A stretch of DNA of 64,000 bases from Marsupella aquatica (Eukaryota > Plantae > Marchantiophyta), in assembly GCA_973895155.1 (NCBI GenBank), contig OZ316895.1:7738184-7802183 (forward strand). Reading direction: 5' to 3'. Below, in pieces: positions 1 to 14,100 of this stretch; position 1 is the first letter of the stretch; each line of letters starts with the position of its first letter. The notes beneath the pieces were generated by a model, which was not told the DNA's origin, ran no database searches, and was given only the letters and a program-made list of their open reading frames with translations. A program made the position numbers and the translations under genes.

Positions 1-1249
1 CCGAAACAAGCAACGATCGAGCCTCAAGCAGAATGACTGCACTTGAGACATCCCTGAAAGAAACGGCCGCATACACCTCGAAAACTCGAGAAAAATCCAA
101 GGGAAGTTCCAATTTTCTAAATGAAAGTTAACTTAAAAAGAGCACCTTTCTTTACAAAGGAAACATTGCCATGCAATATTGATTTAAAGAACAAATATAC
201 TAAGAAGAGGGAAGGAAAGACATAAAAACAAAAAACACTTATTGGAAATGTTACCATGTAAGAATTGCCCAATTAATTTCACAAATTCTGGGAGAGATAT
301 TTTTCCCCATGGTGCCTCCTGCGCTGAAAAACTATGTGCCTATTGCACATGGAAGCAAATGAGTGCCTACAACACACTTAGGCAAAAAGGAAAAATATTT
401 GACAAATTGAGGGGGAGACCTCATGAAAGGCTTGGCATCAAGCAATATAACCCATGGGATGTGCCTACTGCACGAGTGCCTTTCGCAACAACGAATATTT
501 AAAAATGGAACTATATTCCTTGCATATGGCCAATTCTGAAAAATGAGGAATCTTTGTACAAGATTGGACAGGATGTTCACACATTCACTCACTAATATTG
601 GATGACATATCATGACTACTAAATTTGGAAATAAAACAGACCTTATCATGATATGGTATCATATAATCATATGAGGTACCGTATCAGGTTGTAAGGTACC
701 ATAAGGTGAGATATGGCCTGGTGAGGCACCACGAGAGATGGTGTGCCATATCTTAATAGGATATCTCTATGATATGGATAAGGTATATGTTATGGTGTGA
801 CCAGGTTATGCCAATACCCAATCTAGGATTTGACACTCCAAACGGTTCCAAGGCCAAGGATTACAACCCACCATATCATCTTCATCCTGAACTAATACCT
901 TGTTTGGTTTTCCTTGCATGTAATCTATAAACATCAAGGAGTCTTCATTACAAGCATGGAACGAGACGCATGATTCAGTCAACTTTGCTACACAAACCAA
1001 GGAGGATCTTCAACAAGCCCATAGTATTAACATAGGCCTTAAGAGGGCTTTGTAGAAATTGCATATACACTATGTATTTACCCACTTAATCTAAAATGGT
1101 TCCATAACACGTGGTGGTGGTACTCTTTCCCTCAAAAAGAGGTAGGAGGGTTTTAATGAGACCACACCAATGGTTACCATCATAAATACTTATTCCATTA
1201 GGGTTAGATGTTACCCCTAGTGTGTTGCCTTATATCATATAAAACAATC

Positions 1250-1440
1250 AAGGGGGAGTGTTATAACCCATGGATTAGGTTAACATCTAGAGATTAGGGA
1301 AGAGGTAGTTACCATAACTACCTCCTATATGTATATACCTCTTGGATCTCTAATGGATATTATTATTCTTGTTGGTGTATTGGTGTGTTAGTCTATCACA
1401 AGATTACCTACCTTGTACCACACAGGGGCAGTTTGTTGTG
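1250..1440 (+). mobile_element. Degraded LTR-retrotransposon 3' end (polypurine tract followed by LTR start)
   Basis: AAGGGGGAG at ~1250-1258 is followed immediately by TGTTATA, a typical PPT/LTR junction. The upstream ~800-1250 sequence is CpG-poor with no intact ORF. The LTR end is not defined. Confidence 0.35.
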
Positions 1441-2430
1441 TCAAAGGCCTGGCCTAAGTTATGGGCCCTAGTTAAGCCAGGACTGTGAATTATGACATTT
1501 CACAAGGCGCATTATGGGCCCCACTTGTGCCAGGACCCTACATTGTGTATAGGGTAATGGTCCTGGGATGGACCATTAATGCATATAAAGGTCGACCATA
1601 TGTTGACCCCCGTATGCGGGGAGGCATACGGGAGACCGTATACGCATAATGGTCCACCACAAGCCCATTGGCCAACGTTAAGGGCATGCCTACCACAAAC
1701 AGGCCAGAAATGTTCTGGCAGAGACAATAGACAAGACCCATGTTGTCTGACACACACCATGACAGTACCTTCTTTGCACATTCCAGAAAATTATGACTTA
1801 CGAATACCTCAAAACCATAGTCACATCAAAACCGTATAGTCACATTATGAGACATAAAGTGATGACATGGCACATTCCGATTGGCCCAAATGCTCTTATA
1901 GTCAACCAATGCCCTTAACGGTATTCCAAATGTGTCAGGGAGAGATAGATGGAAATAACCGGGATGCCTTAATCACTGTATCCACCAGTAACCCATACGG
2001 TTCACTTAGATTACATATTCAGCAGTGCGTGAATAAGAAGAGAGGGAGACCCTACTGTGTAGTAAAGCCCTGACTCTCCTGTCCCTTCCCACAAAATCCT
2101 AAGCCTGGCCAAACACCTGTGGCCTCCACATCATGACATGTTTTCCTCACAGGTTCTTTCACTTCTTGTTCTCAAGGAGCATTTGGGGAGAGTATGCAGT
2201 ATGCTGCCACCCTGCATTACATAGTTACTACAACTTGTATCCCATCAAGGATATGTTGCAGAAGTTTGCTGCACCAAGCTTGTTTTTGGTGACTCAGGGA
2301 CCCTCAAATAAAACTTGGCTGTATGATCCCCGCCTCAAAATAAATAGACTCGGGTGACCAAAGTTCACATCGTCATAATACGCTGAATAATAAGGTTTTG
2401 ACTATCCAATAGACAATCTAGTGCACAATA

Positions 2431-2566
2431 CAGTCTGGGGCCATTTTGGGGCCCATCACAATATTGACCTTAAGTTCAACCAATCATTTTTACCCTACCT
2501 TGTTTCATTAGCTAAACATGACTTCACTTGAAATGATGGGGCCCAAAAATGCCCCAGAACGTACTG
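2431..2566. mobile_element. Short MITE-like inverted repeat
   Basis: CAGTCTGGGGCCATTTTGGGGCCCATCA (2431-2458) pairs imperfectly with TGATGGGGCCCAAAAATGCCCCAGAACGTACTG (~2534-2566). TA precedes the left end. Confidence 0.4.
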
Positions 2567-3564
2567 TTGGAAGTTGGATTGTAAAAAATGCCCCCATAAC
2601 TTATTGGAAGCCCACTTGTGACGCCACATTGTGCCCCCTATTGTGACCACATGGGTTAGGTTTGGTCAGTCCTGGTCATCATTGGCTGAACTTTATCGAG
2701 ATGGGGGACAAAACGCCCCAAAACCCTTTTTTTCCCTTTTTTTTCCTGGAATCTTTCACTTTTGATATAAGAAAAATAAAACCCAATAAAACAGTGAGTA
2801 AGCGGCCCGAACCTTCTTGTGCACCAAATTGTCCACAAACCTCATCGTGCACAATATTGTACACAATCGTAGTCTGTACAGTATTGTCACATACAGTATT
2901 TAAAGCGTATTTTGACCACATACGGTAGCTTTAGTTAGGCTCCTGGTTATGATTTGTCTTTTCATCTGGATACGAAAGGTGGTCTGTCCCGAAATGGCGG
3001 GCAAGGTCACTTCCTTCGAACAAAACCGAAAAGCAAGAATTTGAATGTTTCATTTCCTCTAGTGACAGCTTCGTCACTTGCAACACTGTCTTGATGGTTC
3101 GAGTGTGTTGTCACCGGCACTGAATCGCTCGTGAGACGAAGAAGTGACCATTTCTCAAAGCAGACAACTCGACATCTGAATGCAGGTTGCTTCGAGGTTG
3201 GATCTGCACGAACAGAGCAATTCTTTCAGGTGGAAATGGAATCGTCCCGAAAGTAAGTAGAACAGGGACGCATTTTTGTACTCAACTACTGTGTAGGAGA
3301 ACGAGTTGGGAAGCCACTCTGAGGATTCATGCGTTGACACAGGGAATCCAAGCGGGAAGATGGATCGCGCGTTCTATGTCGAGAAGCCAAGCGGCTAAGA
3401 ACTGGATTGAAACGAGCTCTGTACGAGGAAGTGCTTTGCTAGGAGTCGCCGGCGAATGTGGGGGGAAGATACCTGGATGCATTTCCACCCTACCGGTTTG
3501 TAAGAAAGAGGAGTATTATACATTATAACAGGTTAGTCAGAAGATGTGAGTGACAGATACCAGA

Positions 3565-6500
3565 ATGGAGGGAGACGCTGGGGTCGCCGAGAAACTGTAC
3601 CGTCTTCGTCTTGTCCTTCCAGATCTTTCTCAATCGTTCATAGGGAACTGGCTCGCCTCTGTGGAAAAGTCAATCCCGCCAGAGTTGTTCCATAATTACG
3701 ATGACCTCTTCGACGCAACTGAGAGGTGTGTTACGAAATCAAATTCAGCAAATGTTTTACGTTACTTGTCTTCACGTGCAATTTAATTTTCTTTCTAGCG
3801 CAGAGATGTAGGTCGGGTTTGAAGGTGTTTTCTTCTTTCCTTTATTTATCATAGCTAACTTGATCGGCATTTCCGGCCAGTGGGAGGAGTGGTGATGTCA
3901 ATGTCTCTAGCCGCTGTGTCATCGGGGCTTCAACAAAAAAGAAAACCTCAGCTCGAGAGAATGCAGATAGCAATGACACTATTAGCCAAAGTGCAAAGTC
4001 TGCCAGCAGCCATGAACTTTGGCTACGTGCAGGGGACCTGGCGCCTCGTGGTCCAGAAGTGCACACTTGGGAGGTCTGTCACGGATTGGAAAATTGGCTC
4101 CTAGAGAAGACTTCGGAACGTTCTCGTGAAGTGAACTTGCCTCTTACACATGTCAAGGACAGCCGCTTTAATGCTGACATCGATGATGGTGAACTCAGTG
4201 CCTTGCACCTGTCCGCCAAATCTTCTCCGCGATCACAGCCGATAATTATCCTGGTTAGTTGATGTCTTGAACACAATACGAGAGATGGAGAGGTCAGCTA
4301 TATTTCTTGGAATGGTAATGTAGGGACATGTTGGTATTATGTTCGTCTACTCACCAACGCAGCCCACCTCCGATTTAATGGCTTGGATGTGATTGATTAA
4401 GCAGCTCTGGAGTGCTCGCATTCATCAGCCAATTCTGCTCACAGATAAAGTTTTTCTCGTAGTGATTTAACAGTCATAGAATTCGTCCTTGCTTAAATGC
4501 AGGAAAATGACCTGGTCAGAGATGCTATCTATGCTATCCAAGGGCTACCGGCGGCCGTTAGAAAGCTAGAACGTTTATCGAGGGTTTACTCCACATCCTC
4601 AGCCGATAAAAGTGCTCAATTCTTGTCAACATTGTGGACTAGATCAGTAACTGCTCCGGCATTGGGAAAAGTTCTTTCGGTGGTTGCTCGTGCAGGGCAT
4701 GTCAGATGCCAATTGGATGACTTCGTCAGCTTCTTTCTCGATGATCGAGTCGATCCTTACGAAGACATCACTGAGAATACTCCAAAGTTGAGTCGAAAGA
4801 CAAAGAAGAAGAAGAAACGCGCCGCAGCGGAGATCAACGAACCGGAGAAACTCGGAAGAAATGGCATTGGTCCAGCAGATGTTCCAATAAGCTCAGAAAA
4901 GAAGGTTCCTCGTCATTGTCTCGTCAACCAGGCTTTTGCAGCAGCCGTTAAGGGAATTCTACGTGGACATTCGGCTGCTATCAACACCTTAGCGTCTTCG
5001 GTTTCATTGCGTAGGGATCTGGAAATTGGAGGTAGCTGTAGAGGACGGGATTTGGGGGAGCAAGATCCAGGTCCAGTTATCGGATACGGAAATCGGAATA
5101 TATCTCTTTTGGAATTCTATCTTCACACTAGGGAGCTCAGAGTCCAACTCCATGCTCTCGCCTTCATTTGTCTGAAGAGGGAAGGAAAGTCTTTTGTTGG
5201 AAGAACTATTAGTGATGCCTGCTTTGAGGAGGACTTCGTGGATGCGAAGGACCACCAAGAACTCGGCCCCGGAAATGGTAGGAAGTCTAATGCAAAGGGC
5301 GATCCCAAGTGTGATCCCCTCGTGCAAAGTTTCGAGGAGTTCCCCCGAGGAGCTGATCTCTTAACATATCTCTATGATCGGCTTATGGTAGGTACCTCCA
5401 GGACTTCAATGACCCTTTCAATTGCACACAAGTAACATCGGCAAATATTGTTCTTCAACTTAAGATTTTAATTGTTCTCGTTTTGATAGTCCTCTGATCG
5501 GCCGGACCTTTCAAAATGGTCTTGACGTGTTTCAGCGTTCCATTACTTGAAGATGCCCAGCACAATGTATATATATAGGCTGCTCCCGAAAAAAACATTA
5601 TTGATGCCTTGATCTTTAGCAGTATTGCTTGCATATTTGAAGGACATCACAGGAGGAATCTCGAAGGTTAAGTTGGGGTCTCCATTTCTCTGCAGGAGGT
5701 GGATCCTCTACATATGGAGCTGTTGAGGTTTTTATTTGAACGTGCATATGAGCCGTACTCTATCTTCGTGCAGTCGTGGCTTTACCAGGCTGCTGTCAAA
5801 GACCCTTACGGAGAATTTATAATTGACCAAGCTGATTTTAGTGTAATTTCGTCCAGTTTGCAGACCAAAGGAAATCTTGTGGCTGACCCGCATCCAAGGA
5901 ACCTAAAAGTAGGAATCTGGTCCTGTGAGCTGTATTCATTGCTGTGTATGGATGTTGTGTGAACGCCAGTCAGTTAGCTGTAAATTACCGTAGTTCAAGA
6001 GCAAGGCTTGTACGAAAGCCACTGAGGAATTTTCTGAGGCCTGACTCGTATGTGCAGTTGCGAAATGGTCTATATGTGCCAAAGTTCATGGAAAGTATCT
6101 GCATTCCACTAATAAGGGCAGGCGAGCAACTACAAGTCCTCTTGAAGCTAGCAGAAACCTGTGAGTTGGCACGGCAGTTGGCAAACAACACACGAAACTC
6201 TGAAACGTTTTGGCCACAGAATTCTACAGAGTCGCTGGTGGAATCCAGTGAGGATTCACCATACATGCCTGCACTGGTCTTCAGTAAGAAAAAAGTTGCT
6301 GAAAGTGCCAAGGACAGGGAGACGAAAAGTGAAGAAATGAGAAGTCTTTGGCACATTGATAACCAGTATGGTCCTAGGACTTCTATCGTGAAGGAAATGG
6401 AAGAGACAGAAACACCACTTGCTACTGGTGTGACACCAGATGCAAGTCGCTTGTCCATGGACCCACGCGATCCAATTGAGCTTTACTTGGATACTGATGC

Positions 6501-9500
6501 ACCAGGGGTAAGCAAAGGCGTTAACAGTGGTGAAATGTCACCAAAAGTTCCATCTCTCATATCAGGTTACCAGAGAAGAACATCTTGGCAATTCTGGGGC
6601 TTACCAGTAAACCCATTTCTTGGACAGGCGCAGAGAGAAGACTCCGCGCCTAATACCTATGTCTACCCGAATTTTACTGGGACATATCAGCATTGGGATG
6701 TCACTGCAAAGCTTACTTTTGCGAGCATCACTTCTAATCACACTTGTCTAGAAAAATCTAAATCGTCTCCTAAATGTGGCAGAGACATTAATGTTGAGCC
6801 GTCTTGGTTCCCAAGGTTAGAGTCGGCTTTAAATGAGCAAATGTTTGCAGGTTTGGATGCACACTTAAAATTGCCAAGTTGGAGCCAAGCTGATGTAGGT
6901 CATGTTGGAGATGAAGCTGGACAATGGGGACTGACTGAATTTTATGACCAGCAGCCGGTTGAGCTTGGTCTGAGACCTACTCACCTACTTGGTTGTCCGC
7001 CAGAAGATCATTCAGTCCCAGATGCCCTCACATCACCCCCGTTGAATTCCTCATCTAGTGCAGCAGGCAATATCAGCTGCTTTGATGAAGCCAATGTTGG
7101 CCGTTCAAGTGAACAAGGAAACTTCCAACCATTAGGAGGCGATGAAGTTCAGGTCCTTGCCAACTGCGTGCAACCGCTTAGTTTCTCAGATCCTTTGAGT
7201 CCGGGTGCAATTCAAGAAACAAGTGATGATTACTTCCATGAGGATGACGTTTGTGCGGATGAGATACCACTTTCAGTTGTTGTCACCAAGTGCATAGCTG
7301 AAGAGATTTTGTCCCAGTATCCTTTCACAGCAAGCTTGTCAGATAAGGCATCTACAGCTATCCATTTGTAGTTGTCACCTAATGTCGTTATTATTGATGT
7401 TGAACGTTGCAATAGTGGAGCGGGGTCTCGTCGTGCAGCCAGACAATACGATACGAGTACAATCTTCATAACATTACTGAACTTGCCAGAAGGACTGGGT
7501 CGCAAGTCCTCGCTAATCAAGACCTCTGAATTGAAGCAATTAATTAATACGTCGCTTAAATATCTGTAGGCTCGAAGTATTACCACATGCATGTCGGTGT
7601 GTTGATAAGTTTTGTAGCAAATCTTTCGTGGCCCAGGTTGAGGTGAAGATTTAGATGTGACATGACGTCATCCTTTACAGAACTGCTACGAATGTGGAAT
7701 TTTGCATTAAATCATTGAACCCTTAACGCACACCAGATATCAATCTGTCAGTGCACTGACGGTACGGTTGTTTCAAGAGGGTCTTTGCCTTCAAGATCAT
7801 TACACTGCACTGCGGCGCTACTTCTTCATGGAAAGGGGTGATTGGGCAGAGTATTTTACAACAGCTCTCTGTCAGCATGTATGTATACGCACCGGTTTCC
7901 AAGGCTAGCTCCAACCTAAGGTTTCAATTATCTTCTGTGAAATATTCTGCTTTGTACGAGCTTTGAGTTTTAGCGCAACTAATGCTGATGCTTAACAATA
8001 TAGTGATAGTTGTGGAGGTTAGCATGAACTCTCGTTTATTGGCCATGCAATAGCAAAATCCATCTCTGTAGATCTCTCAACTGTAACATACTCGGCATTG
8101 CGTTTGTGTGGGATATTCGTGATCTGCGAAAGGGTCAATGGTTCTGTTGGATGGAACTTAACGTAAAGATACCAGATTTTTTCTTAACTGTATGTGATAT
8201 TTCTGCTTCTCCATGTCATCGGAATCAGAGATGGGGTCCTTTGGGAGGTGAACTTCGGCAAATGGAAGTACAGGGAATGCTTGAAGCAGCCTTTCAAAAG
8301 TCTTCCTGTGAAGGAGATGCGTATGCAGATCGAGTTTCTGTAACCTTGCAGGAATCAGGACACCATTGTGAAAATTCGATTCTTGGATCCACTAAGACGC
8401 TAGCCTCATACGTTGACACTGGCAGTGAGTGGATGACTTTTGTTACTCTCGTTTGAACGTTTGTAGCTAACAAAATAAGGTAGCAGCCTCCTGTTTAATG
8501 AAAAGGTTTTTTTTTTTGGCTCCCTGGCCATTGAAGTAAAGGTGGTTAGCACTAAGGAACATCAACCGTGTCATTGTTTCCGGATCGATGTCTACTTGGA
8601 TGCTCTGCTTTCAACCCAGCTCTATATATAAGCAAACCAACCTTTGCTAGTGTCAATGTTTTTCTATGTTCAGGACTGGATGCCTTTGATTTCATCGCAC
8701 TTCAGTACCGGGTGGATTGGCCGCTCAGTTTGATCCTTACAAACAATTCCCTAAGTTTGTACAATGTGGTCTTCACCTTTTTGATGCGCATCAAACTTAC
8801 AGTGCATGCATTACGTGACATCTGGCAGCGGCTTCAGGTAGGATCCAACTGACTTCAACTTTCATGTCAGGTATTACTGGCGTTCACAGGTAGTCCATAT
8901 GTCTGTGCTGGCAATATGAATTGCATCAATTAAAATCAAAGTAAGAAGACTCTTAGATTATACCCGTGTACCTTCTGATGACAATCCGGGACAGAACATA
9001 TCGAGTTTTTTTGCAACTGAAAACATTTTCTGTTCTTTAGAGTAACTTTACACTACGTTATGCCATTGTACGGTCAGTTTAACCCAGCGTCGATCACCAC
9101 TATCAACGAGGATAATCCGTCAAGCTGTGTCTCCGAAGCAAATCACGTGCTCGTGCACTAGCTGTGATCTGATTATATTTTTGTTTGGGACATTGTCTTT
9201 GTTGTTTGTTAGAAGATTGAAGAGGAGTGCCTCATCTCTCACCATCTATGGCAAACAGGTTATTAATCAAGGGGTGTTCGGTTGCAGTTGATTGATCGGT
9301 CCCTTCACAAAGAGAGGGTATCGTCCGCTTCACAACAACAGAGAAATCGCTTTCGTACCCTCCAGCAATTCAGGTTGACCATCTTTCTTGGATCGTAACA
9401 TGTATAGTTGTTTGAAGCCTGAACAAGAGAAAGACAATATATGACACATTTGAAGTGTTGCTAGATAGGTCTATGGATTCTCTTTCCTCTATGTTAGGTC

Positions 9501-11137
9501 TGGTTCCCTACACTCGTCTTCCTCTAAGCCATTTCAGTACGTCCATTGTATTCCTCTACGTGTCATTGAGTTCCTGTTAGCTTTCCAGATTTATGATAAC
9601 AGGGTTTTTAAGTTCTGGGCATGAAGGGTTTACGAAATTCAAATTACTAGCTCTTGCCCAGAGTTCTGCGAACCTTTATATACACAATCTGTCTCTCTCT
9701 GACCACTAAAGTAAATGTTTCATACATGCAGGCAACAAATTTATCACTTTGTCATAACATTGCAACGATATGTGGAGTCAAAGCTGCTAAATGTTGTCTG
9801 GAGTAAATTTCTTCAAGATATTCAATTGGAGGTACTCATCGAACTCCCTCTTAGTGTGCAAATATGTGCTACTTATTAGGAAACCGCCTTGTATGACACT
9901 TATGTAGCCAACTATATTATAGGATCTCCAGAGCTTTGAGACATGATTGATATTCATGATCAGAGCCTACGTCACGAAATTAATGACAATTACAAAATAG
10001 AGAGGAATCTTGAAAACATTCTGTAGTCTTCCTCTGCGTGAAGGTTCCGTTCTACATTTACTTGGCAGGTCATTTCTTGCTCACAGCGTTTCTCGTACTT
10101 TCCTCTGCCTCAACTTTTGGGATCTTTGAAATCCAAGTCCCTCAATCGTTGAAAGTTACTTAGTTTAACATCTTTGGTCTCTGATTAAAGAAGAGTTCCC
10201 ACAAAAGAACACACTTAGAAGAAGACTTTTGCAAGCTCTCTGTATGTAACAAACTCCTTCAGAAAGAGAGTATAGAAGACAATTGTCTCCCTGATTTGAC
10301 TTTAACCAAGAACTTGTTGGTTCCAAAATGGGAAAAACATGATTGGGGGTCTTCAGCACTCCAAGTCAAAACAATGGCCCTCCACATTTTATCGTGTCCC
10401 ACTTCTCGGTGTAAATCTGTTTTGTAACTGATATTTGGCCACTAGAGACTACTTAACTCCGGTAAATCGTCCTGTAGGTTAACGATATGCAGGATCTAGA
10501 AATTGTACATTGTGCATACTTGGAAGACGCCATCGAGGGGTGAGTTAATGATCTAAAATTATCAAATCATTTAGTGCTTGAAAGTGTGTTTATTCAGGAG
10601 ATCCCACTCATCGGACGTATGTGCCCATGTTTCAGTTGATCCTCTCTGTAATGTCACTTCATGCAGTAGGCATCATATTCGTTCACTTTACTCGCTTGCT
10701 GATTGCTTGGGTATCAGGTGCTTTCTATCGACAAAGACACGTGGAGTCAAGGGATGCATTGAAAGTGTCATGCAGTGTGTTCTTGATTTCTCCTCACATA
10801 TGAGGAATGCCTACTGGAACAGGGAGAAGGTTGACCTGATAGATGATAACCTTTTTATGCAGGTAACTGCAATTGTCATTTTTAAATGTCTTACAATTCC
10901 CAGAGTTTTCTCCTATGTCCTCAGTGTAGTTATAAATGAATATTGATGCAGTGCATTTACCTCCTGTTTGCTATTCAGGTTCATCATGTGAAGAAAGGTT
11001 TTCAAGTCAGTCTGCAACAACTTCATGGTTACCACATGAAGCGAGAACCTCAAGGCCGCACTAATCTTAATGATTTGTGGCTGATCCTTGATTACAATGG
11101 ATTTCTTACCAAGGCTTTAACTGCCACCCATTTTTAG
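3565..11137 (+). CDS. GCP6: Gamma-tubulin complex component 6 (Spc97/Spc98 GRIP family), 13 coding exons, ~1314 aa
   Basis: Exons built by hand, with GT-AG borders and consistent phases: 3565-3725, 3881-4253, 4503-5387, 5696-5908, 6058-7316, 7737-7878, 8229-8424, 8674-8837, 9288-9373, 9732-9831, 10478-10539, 10718-10862, 10979-11137 (3945 nt, divisible by 3). GCP motifs include ENDLVRDAIYAIQG, LVNQAFAAAV, FPRGADLLTYLY, DPYGEFI, LRRYFFMERGDWA, LQYRVDWPLSLIL and DLEIVHCAYL. The long insertion between GRIP1 and GRIP2 points to GCP6. Exons 1-2 are less certain. Confidence 0.9.
7317..7736 (+). other. U12-type (minor spliceosome) GT-AG intron in GCP6
   Basis: The 5' splice site GTATCCTTT at 7317 matches the U12 consensus. 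The branch site CCTTAAC at 7721-7727 lies just upstream of the AG at 7735-7736, with no polypyrimidine tract. Splicing restores the conserved EILSQ-YQSVS reading. Confidence 0.9.
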
Positions 11138-14100
11138 AATGACGCCTGTCTAGACGACGTCAACTGTAATTTTATACTTATCTTCCAACTAGCAGTTCAC
11201 CATGAAGGTGCCAAGTGCTGAGCTAGCGACGGAAGATGCTGTCCACGTGTTCCGAATTTGGCATCCGGTGATGAATGTCATTTGGAACTAGCTTGTACAG
11301 GTAGCGTACTTCGATACCTTCGCAGAGCAGACAGTAGAATGATTATTCGGCCTCATTGTTGATATATTGATGCAGGAGAACAATAGCTTCCATTAGAGAT
11401 TGACTGGGAGGGCCTCATTGTTTTCTTCTTCGTCTTTTTGCAGGTCATCAGATTCAAGACGAAAACAAGTATTTGAAGGACGTTGATTGTATACATATAC
11501 ATCGATGTGGTCCCCAGAGATAAAGATTGGGAAACACAAGATTACCGTTGATAATAGACATAAGCACCTTTCAGGAATCAAGAGTTGTTGAAGCCTTGAT
11601 CAGCCATAACCAGAATGTCTCAATAGAATTAATGTCTTACTAGAATTAATTTCTAATCCCTAGAACCATATTGGTCTCGTATCGATCGCTTTGCCCATGG
11701 TCAGAACGGTTTACTGATGATAAAGCTGTCGTGTGGCTACTGTACAAAAGTTTTTAGTGGCCCCCCAAAATCACGATTGTATATATAGCCTTGAATTCAA
11801 TCTGGCAAATTTTCATCCTGTGGGACCTCTTTTAGTGGGGACTACGCTGGATCTTCGGGCCTGAACCAGGTTCTGCTGTTACGAAGGAAAGCCCTCTGGT
11901 GTTCGTCATTCTCGTCTGCAGGTACTTCATCGAGCTCCGATCTTATCTGTCAGCTGTGTCATGCAAATAGCATCAATTCAAGCTTACCACTTAAAAGAGG
12001 ACCTTCACAGAAAGCTCATTGACTCTTAATTACATCTGGTATAAATCTTACAGGCAACCTCGCACGGACAAACTGTGCACAGGTTATGAATGCCTAGTTG
12101 ATATGAATCAACTGGACAATGACCTGACGTTTGTTTGGCCCATACACAGACCGGGGATCAAAAACAATCCACAACCAGAACACAGATGAAGATACACTTT
12201 GGAGACACAGACAGGGAACCAAAAACAATCCACCACCACAAGCAAAATGAAGATACACTTTGGTAGAAGTGAGTCTGACTAATTTTATCACTGTTTTCGG
12301 TGTTTGATCATTAGTGTATCAAAGTGTCGCTATATTTATGGTTATTGCTTTTACAGCTGAACATGTGTAATCTCTTTGTAGCTCATTGATGGGAAAAAGG
12401 GCCAGTTTACTGAAAGGGGCCAAACAAAGCACAATAGAGTAAAACCAAAAAAGTTCCAGCTTGGACAAACACCAAACTCAAAAGAAGAGGGCAAATGCAA
12501 ACTCCAAAGAACTAGCAACAGGAAAAACCAACGCAGATTTGACATAACTTTCATATCATTTGACAGTGACTTTGTTCTCACAAGCACTACATAAAGCTTG
12601 TAGATCTTCATTGTTTTAGTAAAACAATTTTTATAGTACAATACATTGTTGGCTTCCTTCCTCGCGCAAGATATGAAACTAGTGTGGACAAAGCATTTGG
12701 CAATAAGCAGATTTCATTCTCTTATAGGATTTAATGATAAAAAAACCATGTGTCGTTTTTGATGTGAGGAGTCACTAGAAAGGGAAGGCCCACTGGACAT
12801 CAAAGCATCAGAGCTCTTATGGATATGTGTAAGTTCCAATGGTTTTGCACTTATGACATAGTGCACAACGGAGGTTTCGTCCCGGGAGTGTGCACTTTTA
12901 GTGCGACAAATATGGAGATAGAAAATGACCAGCAACTATGGTGGACAGAACTAACTAATTACCGTATAGTATCCTGAGATCTACGGTAGATCGCGTCAGA
13001 ATAATGGTACGTAAGGTGTCCTCATGAATTTGCCCAAAGGATTCTTGCCTTGGGGACTGTTGCTAATTATTCGAACGTAGAACCCCAGGAATAACAACCA
13101 ACCACCGCATGACAGCAAGCCAAAAGTGTCCTTAGAAAGTTTTACCATAGCAGACAAATGATTTATGATTCTGGAGCTCAAATCCCAAACTTCAACGAAA
13201 TTGGGAGAGGCTGCAAAAAACGAGAGCATAATAAATGCTGTGTTGGCAGATAATTTATGCGACATGAGATGAGGATAATTTTATAATTTTATATTATTAT
13301 TAAAGGAGGATGATTGAGTCTACTACTCTACTGTCTACATCATTTGATTGTTCATCAACGCCATAGGTTTAGGTAGACGGCACAGTGCCTAGGCATATGG
13401 GGACAAATATATCACCAAACTTCAATGCCCCACTTAGGCAAAGTGACATAATCTTGTTTATTAATGCTATATATGTAATGAGAACCAAGTTACCGAGGGA
13501 ACATATAATTAATGCCATGCAACGCATTTCATTCCATAAATGGCCATCATTTCAACTCACTCCTATAGTGAGAGGTTTACACGTGCCATATTACTCGAAA
13601 GACATTTACTGTCAAGGGGCGTAACCGGGGTAATGGAGTTTCCTTTTTGAGCGGGGAAGATGCTTAGAATCTTCTTTATCTGACCTAGATTAATTTCTGA
13701 TTGTTAGATCTAGGCAGTAAAGACAACTCTCGGATTCTTGCTAATTGGGTCTGTGGGTATGAAGCATGCTAATTTCCGGTGGTATGCCCCAGAGAATGCC
13801 AAGATTGGCGGAGGGCATCTAATAATTCAGTGTCTACTGTAGTGTATGGATTGATAGCTATGACAAATAATTCTAGAAAAACCAAGTGAAAATGGAACCA
13901 AATCAAACCTACACTAGATAGTGGATGAAACGGAAGGTGCCATGAAGTGGCTTTGTTTCCAGAACACCCCAAACTCACCCTACAAGAACATCTACTCAAC
14001 TATTGGCCTAACTTTGGGCAAATGAAGCCTAAATAGAGATTGCCAATTAGATAGCACACAGCATAATTGGTGGTAATAAAAGGGATATGGAGAGCAACCC

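Noticed and set aside
5944-6057. Start of the 475-aa ORF as a stand-alone gene
   Set aside because: This part is intronic read-through. The true exon is 6058-7316 of GCP6.
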